From Octopus bimaculoides (lineage: Eukaryota), in assembly GCF_001194135.2 (NCBI RefSeq), contig NC_068998.1:19299296-19363295 (forward strand): a stretch of 64,000 bases of DNA, given 5' to 3'. Positions 25,461 through 38,530 of the stretch are shown in pieces. The position numbers and the translations under genes were made by a program. Each line of letters starts with the position of its first letter. Position 1 is the first letter of the stretch. The notes below the pieces were generated by a model, which was not told where the DNA came from, ran no database searches, and saw nothing but the letters and a program-made list of their open reading frames with translations.

Positions 25461-28429
25461 ATATACAACTTACTACTTCTGTATTATATCTATTTTCCAG
25501 CTAGTTAACCTAAAACAGATAGAGTTATGTGCCTTGCCTTGAGGCACAATAGTATCTAAATGTGAAAATTAAAGACTACACTATCAGTAACCAAAGACTT
25601 TCACCTCGTTTATTGTGTCTGTTTCAAATTATGAACATACATTGTGTTATATGACTGAGGTGAAGCCAGAGTGTTGGACTGTTGATTATGCACAGTTAAT
25701 TCAAAATTTACAATTGGAACCCCTAACAAAATTACTTGCCTTTATAGGTTTTCTAGTCTCACTTCACAAATGTGTCTTGCAGTAGGAACAGTATCTAACT
25801 ATGAAAATAATTACTTCAGTAATTAAGCAATTCTACCCATACCAGCAGGAAAAGATGATGTAAAAGTGCATACATTATGAGAAAGTGGAAAAGATGCTAA
25901 CGAGTATCATGGGTTCATATATATTGTGGGTGTGTTGATGTGACTTTAGATAGTATGTACATACTTTGCCGCCTAGCTGATTCCAAATAAATTACAACGC
26001 TTTTACATACCTACATTACAATAGTAAAGCCTCAAAATGTATTCTAGCATCTGGATATCTGAAGAATTCCTTATGAAAATGATTACATTACTATTGTAAG
26101 GGGTTCCTACCATCTTCACACGTTTATATCAACAATTGATCAATCTGAAGTGACACAAACACTCTTCAAATATAAAGGTAAGTATATTAATGATTTCAGA
26201 GAAATGAAAGTTTGAGATAATTTTGTCTTAGCCTGATTCAAGTATTCATCAAAGTCAAATATTTTGGTACTCATCAGCTGTTAAAATTTCACATGAAATT
26301 CAAAGATCCTGTTAGTTAATTTTTTTGTTTTTGAAGAATTCAATAATTAATTTGAATGTAACATTTAATTGTCCTGGTTTCAAAAAAAAAAACAATTCCT
26401 TGTGTTACTGTCCTTGAAGTAATTGGTCACATTTCTTGCTGCTGTGGAATTTGGTATTGATTGAAACAGAAGTGAGAAAAGTTGAATGGTGAGCAACTGA
26501 TATTTGCATGAAGTTGTCTTGCCTATTTCTTTTAGCCTGTGCATAAAATAACGAATGCCAAACCATGAGAAGAATATGAAGACAATTGAACAGAAGAATA
26601 AGCTAGATAAATATATTGAAAAACAAATATAATTATCATAGTCCTGATTTCTTTCCCTTTTATTTTATTGATTGACAGATAAGAACCATCTCATTTTTCA
26701 GTATCAGTAATTTATACACTGTATAAAGAAGTATTAGTGACCTCCCTTTAAACCCTCCGTTTCGTTATCTGTGTTATTATTATTAACCTATTTCTAATTG
26801 CTTTTCAAAATATATCCACATCTCATTTTCTCTACATATACCTTATATTATGTTGCTGCAGCACGGCTTCTCTATGTTCTCATTCTTTCTGTTTTTACCC
26901 TTCCATTTTATCTATATTATCATATCTTTTACTTAATAAATTTTAAAAGATTTTGAATAAAATTATATTCAATCATTTCTAAAATGTTACGAAACATATT
27001 TCACAACAGACTTCTTTTATACTAATAAAATTGTTATAGAAAGTACTTCTACATTTAACTGTATTGTTATAGTACTTACGATAAGGGATAAACCAGTGGT
27101 CTTCAGTCACATGTCACAAGGGGTATCTAGTTGCACCATGGATTTTTGGAAATATTTTACTTTAGAAAATGCATAGTAAATTGTTCAGCAAGTTGAAAAA
27201 CAAGTTATTGATAATTTTGTTAACACAAGTGTAATAAATAAATAAAACAAGCATTACTTTTTTTATATATAAATTTCTAACTAAACGTTTTATTAAACAT
27301 TTTTTTTGCAACTTTCCATGCAAAGTGCACCAAGTAATTTCTATTTAATCTCCAGTGCATTACAAGGTATTAAAAAAAAAAAGAAACTAGTGAGTGAAAT
27401 TATACACCTTAATTATTAATTACTTTAAAATAATTCTTTAATTTGAAACTTAATGATGAAAATCTTTTTTCATTTAGTATTAATTTCATTCATAGGCACA
27501 ACACTGCATATTTATATCTTCATTAAGAAAATTAGCAACATAAATTAAACTGCTACAGTGAGGAATTTAAATCAAATTACAAGATTCAGCTCACTAGGGG
27601 CTTGCCTCTACATTATAGCACATATAACTCAAGGATTCATTATCAAACAATTTATTTTTCTCTCATCGAGCAGTAATACATTTCCACCCCATACTATAGA
27701 TAGTGGATAGAAACCTGTGAAAGCAAAAAAAAGAAAATAGTCTAGTTGGAGTAAACTTTTAAATTCAAATTTTAGTTAACAAGTCCACTAGAATATTGAC
27801 TAAACATATTCATTTTTTATGATCCCATGTTTTGACCAATATCTTGACTTTCCTAATTTGACACTGCATTTCCAAACTATAAGCAAAGCTTATATTAATA
27901 CCATCATATGCTGTTCTATGCATTCAGTGTAGGTATCAATTTGAAGATACATCTTTCAGTGTGCTATTTTCAACCACTCCTGCATAAATACTAGTTACAT
28001 AGTGCCACTGTTTGTCAGAAAGTACAGGTGAAAAAGATTTCCCATGCTTCCAGATTCACTAGGGGCTCAAAACTCTCGGATAATCTCATACTATTGTAAT
28101 CCCACATCCTCTTCTTACCCAGCTAATACAGGATTTTGAGAGGCCTACTTATAGTCACTATCCACAACTGGGTCTCTTATATGAATCAACATATTGATTA
28201 CTGGCAATTCATGATATATATTATCTTCTTCAGCTTCATAAACAAACAATAAAAACTTATAAAGTGTCAATTTGAGAAAATTCTACACTTCTCTACAAAA
28301 AAAAAAAAAAAAAAATCTCTACTAACCTGCAAGCAAGATTTTTTTATTTTCTGAGGAAATACAATTCTCTTATGTATGTATAATCTATTTCTTCAATGCA
28401 AAGTAAATCTATATTTCAGCTTTACTCAA

Positions 28430-30450
28430 AATAATATCTGTACATATATAGAAGCAACTCCATCACCAATCACTTGTCTTACCTGAATATAAGCAATAAA
28501 GATTTTCAGTTACTCTGACTCAAAGTTACTCTTCTTTGCATCTCTAATTTCAACCACTCTCTTAATTTTTCTAATCACCATCTACTTTCTGACTGTCTCA
28601 CATACTATGGCCTTTGCTTTCAGAAGTAACAAGCTGCCAAGCCTTTTATCCTGGCTACCAAAAACAATCCTTTCTCCTCCTCTCATTACCTTTACAGCCT
28701 GACGTATCCTGAACTAAATAGTTTGCCCATTTATTCCTAACTAATAAATTGCAGCTTTTTTAAACTCGTTCTCTATCTATGTTTTTCCCTCAGACATCAA
28801 TCAGCAATTTTTCCAAATGAATATCAACTGCATCAATTCTATCAGTCGAAGAGGGTTTACAATGTTAATGGGCACTATCTGACTTCCACTAACTAACTAA
28901 TAGAAAAGCAAAGTTAATCTACCTACAGTTTATTTATGATTCCTTTGATATTTATCATTTAAGGCCAAGATATCATAGTATGAAGATCAGTTTTCACAGA
29001 GGTAAATCTGAAACTTCATTTCTTTTATGCCTCACCATTAGGAAAGACATATTTGTCAGAAAGACTATTAAGACCATGGATCATGATTAAACATTACACC
29101 TGTTAGAGAGAGGAGACAGCTTGTTTGTGAACTAGAGGATGGAGAGTGTCTGTGAGTGATTAATGCCAATCAGTCAGGTACACTTTTCTGGATGCAAAGT
29201 ATGCTTGCTTCATTTCTTTTGTAATGTTTGTAAATTCTATGCATAAAAGGTTCGTTGTCTCACTACCAAGCACAAGTTCTATACAATCTACTCTTCACTC
29301 TGAAAGAGAAAGAAACCTTTTGCTACCAACATAGATAATATCTTTCTGAAATTTATCCATGCTATTCTTTTACTATTACACTTTTGAAGCACTCACTTTC
29401 ACTGCTATTTAGATTACCTAAGTAAAGAAAACTATCAACTATTTATAATGAGCTTTCTGAGTATTCAAAGGAATTTATTTTGCTTGTATTCTTACTACTA
29501 ATTACTCCTGTGAATCTTCCACATACACAATCTAACTTCATTATCACCAACCTGTGATCATACAACACCTCTTGCACATCATATGGAATTTCTACCTGTT
29601 CTTTTGCTACTTATTGAGCACAATGATTACTCTGATGGTAGTTAGAGCCTGATTTCTTCCTGATTTACTAAAACTTAGTCATTGCTAAGTTTATTTTGAG
29701 GCATCTTAATTCTAGTTTTTGCTTCTCTGTACGGAATTTCTTCTCTCAATCTTCAGATTCAGTTATAAGAATCAGGTCTTATGTGGAGTTCCCACGAAAA
29801 ACTAATCTTAAACTCCTCTGTTATGGCCAAGTCCTCTCAAGGATACTGAGACATGAACCCTGATGAAACCCTATCACATCCTTAATCCTTGTTGACTCAC
29901 CTTGCTGACTGCATTTCTGTACATGACTTGTACAACCCTCACAAGCCATTCATCTGTCTTAGTTTCCTTAATGACCACTAAATAACAGAGTGTGTAACTT
30001 TGTAGAAGCCCTTCATGTCACTAGATATAGTGGCTTGTATCTAAATACTTCTTCAATTGTATCTTGAAGAAGATGACATTAGTTACTCCTACCTCAAAGC
30101 TGAACTACATTGTCATGAAGGTGAATTCTCTTCCAAATTAATTGTGTTCCAATTCTTTCCATAACTTTCATAACCTGGTCCAACAATCTGATATCTATGT
30201 AATTACCTCTCTCTGGAGCACTTCTTTTGCCCTTGTAACATTTGACAATGATACTAATACACCAATCACTGGATATGACATTCTCCTGATTAGTTATATG
30301 AGTTACTACCAGATTGGCAATGTGAATAACTAGCATGAACCCTAAGCATCTAAGTTACTATTCATCCTGGACCAACTGCCTTCCTTGTATTTGTGTCCTT
30401 GTCTATACTTGCTATGGAACTTTCCTTCACCAATATATAGCCATTATGTA
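28430..30450 (-). mobile_element. Decayed RTE LINE (RT region)
   Basis: ORF 30094..30336 (SDWCISIIVKCYKGKRSAPERGNYIDIRLLDQVMKVMER) matches the RTE RT N-terminal motif. Many stops surround it. Confidence 0.75.
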
Positions 30451-32602
30451 TGCAATTAATTTAAGTCAGTGAATAGTTAGATTAAATCATGGAAAATTAA
30501 ACATTGAAGAACTGATGAGCATCACCTAAAGCATATTCTGACCTGAAGACAATATGTGAAATATCAATTCAGTAATTCATTGTTATCTTCTGCTTTATTT
30601 CATTAATAGAGACTATGTATAGAGTAAAATACTGTCACAACATATTATCAGTAAGTTTTATTGATACATACTAAAATGACTGACTAACAACTCACAACTA
30701 ACTTATAACCAAAAATTATCCAAAAGCTCTCAAGATTAGTTTTGCTCCTGTTCTGAAGTATAAGCAAAAGTCTTAAAATAATCACTAATATTTTCTGTAA
30801 CATTTTTGTTTAAATTATTTCTGACATCTGAGAAAATTTTTTCAGAGCTTTTAACATGATTAAAGCACTCTATTTTCAGTCATTTTAATTTGTGTTATCC
30901 AGTAACTACTTTAATCAATGGTCTTGGCTTATACATTACAGTTTATGGATTTTATGAATTTCTGCTAAAACTAGAAAAATGCCAATGAGATGGACAATGT
31001 TAAGTAATATTTTCTAACACAAAATAACTGAAGTATCATATTGACACAATGTCACAAACTTACAGAGAAATAAAAGACAAAATTAACTCTTGCAGGATTT
31101 GAACCCATAACCTGATGCATTGAAACTACAGAAAGCAGTTTTGTTTGAGATACAACCATTTTTACTACTCTATGAATTTTTTTGATAGTTTTTTTTTTTT
31201 TTTATCATTCCAAGTTACAATAAGCAAGATTTTAATTTTAATTAAAAATTGTCATCAAACTGGATACCATAAAATATTTTCTCCAGTTTTACATTTTGGT
31301 CCTGATTTCATGAATTTCTGGAAATTTATTATACAGAAACACAGAGGTTTGGGAATGTATGAAGAGTTAACTAATTCCAAGCTCATTATAGAATTCAGTT
31401 ACATGAAAAGCCTTCAACTTGGAATCAAAATCAAATTAGAAACTTGATTATTTTCAACTTACCTTTAAGGTTTTTGCTATCCACATAAAAGGACCCTAAA
31501 AATTAATGACCTTCCACAATGTTATTTGTTGTTGTTTTTTAACAAAATAAGTCCTTAAGATGAAAAAATATATTACACTCTTGAAATGTTAACAAGCTAA
31601 ATCTCATTAAATCAATACATTTTTTTGCTGCCATTTAGCTGGAAAAAGAAGTATCATTAAAATACCTTTAAACATAAGTGTCATGGCAACGTAACTAAAG
31701 AGCTTTAATGAGATGTAACTTTGAATTAACCATTTTGAAACCAACCTGCCTGAGACCACCTTCTTGTTTTAAATTAAGTGATCTAAATTAAAGCCATCCA
31801 TTACAATTTCCTGTTAATTTATGTTCCAAAGTGCAGATAAATAACAACAAAATTACTTGAAATGAAAGTGGTGCATTTCAACAGAAATATAGTAACAAAA
31901 GGGTTAATTTTACAACCATACATTTCTTAAGTTATCTTTTTCCTTATGTGGAATGAATGAATCTTACAACAAAACTTGTTTGCAATAAAGCTAATTAAAA
32001 CTTGAGGATATATATACTTTTGAATTTCTCATTCAAATTTTGATGAGTAAATCTTATTCTGAACAACATTAAACCTGTTTAGTTTCATTTGCCTAGATTA
32101 TATAGTTACTTAGATATTTACATCTTAAATGATATCAAAAGATCAAGATTTGAAGATTTTCTACAAGAGAAAGTTTAATCTTGAGAGCTTTTAGATAACT
32201 TTTGGTTCTAAGTTAATTTTGAGTTGTAAGATAACCATGTTATGAGTCAATAGGGCTTAATGATGATATGCTGTGACAGTAGTTGTCTCAATCCTTGTTT
32301 GAATCCAATATTTTACTATATGCATATTTCACATGCTGCTTTCAGGTCAGAATATGTTTTAGGTGATGCTCATCAGCTCTTCAATGTTTAATTTTCCATG
32401 ATTTAATTTAACTATTCACTAGCTTAAATTAATTGCATACATCATCGTTGTTTAATGTCCGCTTTCCATGCTAGCATGGGTTGGACGATTTGACTGAAGA
32501 CTAGTGAAACCAGATGGCTACACCAGGCTCCAATTTGATTTGGCAGAGTTTCTACAGCTGGATGCCTTCCTAACGCCAACCACTCCGAGAGTGTATATAA
32601 TC

Positions 32603-33731
32603 CTTAAAATTTCTAGAATACTAATAAACTAAATTCTAAAATATGCTTTTAACACGTATACTTTTTTTTTTAAGATTCTAGTTCTATCATAAAAGTTGAT
32701 ATAAATTATATTAAGCTGAACCTAATCATAACATCTGAAACCTAAAATATTGTGTAATCACTAAAGAAAGGCTCCTCAAATGATATCAAACTTTTTGAAA
32801 CACACCCTATTTACCTGAAAGGAAACATTTTATTCATAATCTGTTATATAAAGATCAGTGATCTCTAAAACTATAATCCAATAATATCAGTAGTAGCAAC
32901 AATTAACAATTCAAAATATTAGTTACAATGATTAATAATTAATAAAGCATAAAAATAAATCACTAAATATTCTAAACTCAAAAATGTCTTTAAAAATCTT
33001 ATTTTATGTGTAATTATTATCTTTTATCTTTTGCCTGTTTCAGTTTGTGGCCATGCTAGAGCACCACCTTGAAAAAGTTTTAGTTGAATGAATTGACTCC
33101 AGTACTTTTTTTTTTTTAAAGCCTGGTACTTATTCTATTGGTTCTTTTTACTGAACCACTAAGATACAGGGATGTAAACACACCAACTGTTAAGCAGTAG
33201 TTGGGGGACAAAGACACACACATATATATTTGACGAGCTTCTTTCAGTTTCCATCTACCAAATCCACTCACAAGACTTTGGTCAGCTCGAGTGAGGCTGA
33301 ACCTAGAACCATGTGATTGGGAAGTAAGCTTCTTACCACACAGTCACACCTGTGCCTAAAAGTCAAGTTATCTTTGATAGGATTTGAACTCATTTTGCAG
33401 AGTACCAGAATGAATATTACATGGCATTCTATCTGATGCACTAATGACTCTGCCAACTTATTCAAATTTGTCATTATCAACTCCAGTTATCAATTATCAA
33501 TTGCTTATATATTGTTAATTACAATACATGAATGAAGATGCTGAGACCTTGTAAATCTAAAGAGCCTTTTCCTTTAGTTACTGCATAATATTTTAGGTTT
33601 CAGATGTTAGATTAGGTTTAGCTTAATACAATTTATATCAACTTTTATGATAGAACAAGGATCCTAAAAAAATTATAAGTGTTAAATCGGTATTTTAGAA
33701 TTTAGTTTATTAGTATTCTAGAAATTTTAAG
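32603..33731. repeat. Long inverted repeat (about 170-bp arms), probable foldback/non-autonomous DNA element
   Basis: 32603-32774 is the near reverse complement of 33562-33731. The spacer of about 790 bp contains SINE fragments. Confidence 0.8.
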
Positions 33732-34339
33732 AACAGGTATTTTTTCCTTTCAAATTGATAAAATTTCTCTTCCAGAAAATCTTTAAATCTTGGTCTGTTG
33801 TATGCAATACCTCAATTTTTCCACTTCTATTGTTACTGCATTGGCTTACAAATGTCAACTGCATCTCATTTCCATTCATACTAGAACAGGGTTGATATGG
33901 AGACTAAACAACTTCGTACAACACACATAAAATTCATAATTTTAACATTTAGGTCAAACCAAAGTCATTATAAGATGATATTATTGATGTATTTTTTGTT
34001 TAGAAATAAATACCATCTTCACCTAAAACAAGGATATCAGCCACCATTCCTATTAATAAATCATTGAACTTAATCTTTCAAATGGGCTGTTCTTATTTAT
34101 TTATTAGCAGAGTACCCATCAAAAATGACTGAGCTTATTATTTCTGATTCCTTTAAATAACTTTTTTTGCAATTCTTGTTGCATTTTCTTCTGTTTTGTT
34201 TTGTCTTTCATCAGTTGTTCTCATTCTCTTTACTTCAAATCTTCACATACTGCCTTTTCTTCTCTTCTATATACTACTTTCTTCTTTCATTCAAATTTTC
34301 CTCCATCTCTTCTTTCCATTCTCAATGCTTTCTTCCATA

Positions 34340-34620
34340 AAGAGACACATTTTGATAGTATACACAAATTCCTCTCTCTCTCGCTCTGGTCTAAAAGAAC
34401 AACACTAACCCCCGATACCATCATTTTATGCAAGAAAATGCTCCTCAGTGTCATTTTTGTCAAAAGATGTGTATATCCTCTGGAGACTTCTAAACATGCA
34501 CAAAAAGTACAATGAAATAACAGATTCAGAACTGAGACACATTTGCAATATTTGTGGAAAGTTTTTTTTAAGAGAGTTTCCGGGCTCAAAAGTCATATCT
34601 GTTCTCACTTGAGAAGTTAA
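34340..34620 (+). pseudogene. Frameshifted tandem C2H2 zinc-finger remnant (LINE C-terminus or ZNF pseudogene)
   Basis: QCHFCQKMCISSGD/KHAQKV and HICNICGKFF/KRVSGLKSHICSH, each broken by a frameshift. Confidence 0.5.
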
Positions 34621-34670
34621 TGCTATATTTGTGCTTGAAGTGGTCAAGCTTTGTTTCAGAGCAGACTGCC

Positions 34671-34719
<49 letters not shown>

Positions 34720-34974
34720 CAGACAAGAAGGTAATATTTCAAATGCAGTATAGCTGTGAAAAGAAAAAGTTGTCAGTAGACAGCCATGGTACTCAAATCC
34801 ACACCCCTCAGATACCGCCTTATAAGGGTAAAATACCCAATCTTTCTGCTGTTTTCATGGTTATACTGCATTCAAAATATTACCTCCTTGTCTGTATAAT
34901 ACAATACACATTCAACACTTCTAAAAACAAAAAAAGTTTGTTTACATATGTTGTTGCATATATATATGTACGAA

Positions 34975-35200
34975 AAAAAACAATAACAGACGAGGACAGG
35001 TGGTGTAAACAACAAAAGGATGTATTAGTATGACGCTCAGGAATACGGAAAATCTTTAACGTTTCGAGCTACGCTNNNNNNNNNNTAGTATGACGCTCAG
35101 GAATACGGAAAATCTTTAACGTTTCGAGCTACGCTCTTCAACAGAAAGAATACGGAGAAAACAAGGAGAAAAAAAATTGAATGGTGTTTGGTCAACAGTC
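34975..35200 (-). mobile_element. Probable Penelope-like element terminal repeat (pLTR) fragment
   Basis: Locally CpG-rich segment carrying the hammerhead-like motif. No RT or GIY-YIG ORF is adjacent. Spans a 10-N gap. Confidence 0.4.
35113..35149 (-). ncRNA. Minimal type I hammerhead-like motif with variant core (CUGUUGA)
   Basis: UCUUU-CUGUUGA-A-GAGC-GUA-GCUC-GAAAC-GUU-AAAGA. Helix I is a perfect 5 bp, helix II a perfect 4 bp, and helix III is the palindrome ACGU. Core position 6 is U instead of A. Confidence 0.5.
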
Positions 35201-35231
35201 TATAGATAGATAGATACATACATACACACGA

Positions 35232-35277
<46 letters not shown>

Positions 35278-35482
35278 AATAAAGATGTGAAGTGTGACAG
35301 GTAACCAAAGATCAGACTCAGTAGTGAGTTTCACACTCCACTCTATTATCTAGTGGAGTACACCTCAGGAGAGGTTAGTGTGCAGAATATGAGCCAAGTA
35401 ACAGAAATAATAACATACAGTAAATAGTAATAGTATCCAGTGCTTTATAGAACATGTTCCATAAAGCATTTAATACCACACA

Positions 35483-36090
35483 TCATCATCATCGTTTAAT
35501 ATCCATTTTCCATGCTAACATGGGTTGGACGGTTCGACTGGGGTCTGGGAAGCCAGGAGGCTGCACCAGGCTCCAGTCTGATCTGGCAGTGTTTCTACAG
35601 CTGAATGCCCTTCCTAACACCAACCACTCCGAGAATGTAGTGAGTGCTTTTTACGTGCCACCGGCACAGGGACCAGAGGGGGCTGGCAAAGACCACGTTT
35701 GGATGGCAATTTTTACATGCCACCGGCACAGGGGTCACAACTACAATTTCCATTTGATTTGGGTTTTGATGTTCTTGACTCAATAGGTCTCAAGCATGGC
35801 ATGACGCCCTACGAGCCAAATTACTTTTGAGTGGGCTGGTTATGCGACACTGGTGTAGGTTACAGCTGTGAACTCACTTTATTTGCTAGGTCTTCTCAGT
35901 CACAGCATATCTCCAGAGGTCTCAGTCTTTTGTCATTGCTTCTGTGAGGCCCAATGTTCGAAGGTCATGCTTCACCACCTCATCCCATGTCTTCCTGGGT
36001 CTCCCTCTAACCCAGATTCCTTCCACTGTTTGGGAGGGAGTGGCACTTCTTCACACAGCCCTCTTCATCCATCTGTAGTACATGACCATA
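35483..36090 (-). mobile_element. 5'-truncated RTE LINE
   Basis: RGRPRKTWDEVVKHDLRTLGLTEAMTKD, followed by the same 3' UTR family and a (GAT)n tail. Confidence 0.85.
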
Positions 36091-36107
36091 CCTGTTTACT
36101 ATTTGTC

Positions 36108-36146
<39 letters not shown>

Positions 36147-36278
36147 GTATATATATATATATATATATANNNNNNNNNNNNNNNNNNNNNNNNNNNNNNN
36201 NNNNNNNNNNNNNNNNNNNNNNNNNNNNNNNNNNNNNNNNNNNNNNNNNNNNNNNNNNNNNNNNNNNNNNNATATACG

Positions 36279-36330
<52 letters not shown>

Positions 36331-36332
36331 TA

Positions 36333-36497
36333 CTCTCTGAGTGGTTGGCGTTAGGAAGGGCATCCAGCTGTAGAAACTCTGCCAAATTTAGATTGGAGCC
36401 TGGTGTTGCCATCCAGTTTCACCAGTCCTCAGTCAAATCGTCCAACCCATGCTAGCATGGAAAGCGGACGTTAAACGATAATGATGATGATGATGAT
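36333..36497 (+). mobile_element. RTE 3'-end fragment (young subfamily)
   Basis: GAGTGGTTGGCGTTAGGAAGGGCATCCAGC...GGACGTTAAAC(GAT)n. Related copies at about 520(-), 2535(-), 3580(+), 8262(-), 32440(-), 39368(-), 40130(+), 40880(-), 41478(+), 54555(-) and 57075(+). Confidence 0.85.
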
Positions 36498-38199
36498 ATA
36501 TATATATATATATACATATATATCCTTCTCTTTATCAGTTACACATTCTCTATATCTGTTATCTTATCATGTTACAGCTCTAATTACCCTTCTAGTGAAG
36601 AGTGCTGTCTTTCTTCTTTCAATCTGTCTTCTGGTGAGCAAAAAAGCATATAAATCACTACAAATAATGTTACACGTTTCTTAGTCCGGAAGCAGAATAA
36701 CACTGGTTTCAAATTTTGGCACAAGGCGAGGGAGGGGTAAGTCGATTCATCAACCCCCAGTACTCAACTGGTACTTATTTTATTGACTCCAAAAGGATGA
36801 AAGACAGAGTCAACATCGGTGAAATATGAAGTCAGAATGTGAAGACAGATGAATTGCTGCTAAGCATTTCACCCAGCATGCTAACATTTATTACCAGCTC
36901 ACTGCTTTCAGGAAGCTGGATAATATTGAAGACTTATGTCATTTGCGATAACAATATCATAATCAACTAAACAAATAAAGAATAGAGATGAAAATAATTG
37001 AAATGCATTTCAGGACTTTTCCAGGATATGTGTATTGCTGCTGAGGTGATTTGCATGTTCTAATTATCCTCATAATGAATGACTAAAGAATAAGAATAAA
37101 TTAAAAAGATATATTTTTGCATTGTATGTAATAAAAATCTGTTTGCTTTATTTCATTTCTAATCAAGTTTCTATTTAGTAATCACACTTCACACAGATAA
37201 ATTACATAAGTAGTTCTAGTTATTATTTGGTAACAACAGATTGAAACAACAAAAATAAAAGTTCTTAAACGGAGTCAATTAATGAGAAAGTGGACATATA
37301 TTAATTAGTGCAGCACCTACAAAGTTAGTGAAACAGCAGATGGCAAGACATATGCATCATCACCATCATCATTTTAACATTCACTTTTTCAATCCCACAT
37401 GAGTGAAACAGAATTTGTTGATGTAGATTTTCTATGATCAGCTACCCTTCTTGTCACAAGTCCTTGCTTGCTTCCAAGTAATGTAATATTTCTCCATGGC
37501 CAAACATGTTTTCATGGAAAATTGGAAATGAAGAACACTGCATGCATGACAGTGACATTCATTTACAACAATCACATGATGTCAACACAAGGAAGCAGCA
37601 ACACACACGCACACACAACAAGCTTCTTTCAGTTTCCATTTACCAATCCACTTGCAAGGCTTTGGTAAGGCTAGAAGACACTTGCCCAATGTGCCACGCT
37701 GTGGGACAACCCGAAGCCATATGGTTGGGGTGCAAAACTCTTAACTACACAGCCATGCATGCACCTGTTAATAAATCAATTACAAAACAATAATCTACAT
37801 TATACATTAGTGCTATTTAACAGGTCAACATCATTATATCCTATTATTACACTTGCATATTAAATTAACTGACAACAATGTACTGATCAAATTCATGTAT
37901 CACCAATCCAACTCAAACTTTTAATCTTCATCAGCATATTGTTGTACATCAAATCCAAAAGCGGTTTTCTTATGTTACAAAACAAGTTAACACAAATTCA
38001 TTGCTTTTTCAATTCATGTTGTCATTATGATGTAAAACTGGTATGGTTGATTTGGCTAAAACATATATCACCACATTGTACAGTGAAAATGAATATTATA
38101 AAACCAACAACAAACAATACTCTAAAAATATCATTGAAAAAGGTTGTCATATGGTGTTGATGCATACACAAATATAAAGCTATCCAAAGTAAGACCATT

Positions 38200-38530
38200 C
38201 CAACTAACTAGCAGAAATGTATTTGCCCACCAACACACAACTACAAATTCAGATATGATGGTTCTCCTCTCAGCTTCCTCACTCAATTACCACAATGACT
38301 TCAGCTCTCTGACCTAGCTAGCAAAAGTAACCACTCTACTCAGACTTAACAAACACACCAATCTGTCCTACTCTCATCTCACTTCCCAGATCCCTTACTA
38401 AACAGTTTTTTTCCCTAATAATTCCTTTCAAAAAATGCATCACTCTGGAATTTATTCCTGGACCATATTTTTCTTGCAGAAGTCAACTTACAGGCATCCA
38501 AACTGAACATCAACAGCATCAATTTCTTCA
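38200..38530 (+). mobile_element. Decayed CR1/L2-type LINE 3' end
   Basis: Similar to the 5900-6080 segment (LWNLFLDHIFLAEVNLQASKLNINSI). Confidence 0.45.

Noticed and set aside
26101-26177. Plus-strand exon candidate ending AAAG|gtaagt (also 1662-1687)
   Set aside because: Isolated, weak or unsupported acceptor, no partner exons or homology.
31088-31135. B-box-like GGTTCAAATCC on the minus strand (similar at about 17370)
   Set aside because: Decayed SINE head; no tRNA fold.
35026-35135. 50-bp direct repeat, tempting as a tandem hammerhead dimer
   Set aside because: The copies are identical and separated exactly by a 10-N gap. The same pattern occurs at 40211-40298, so contig-end overlap is the likely cause.
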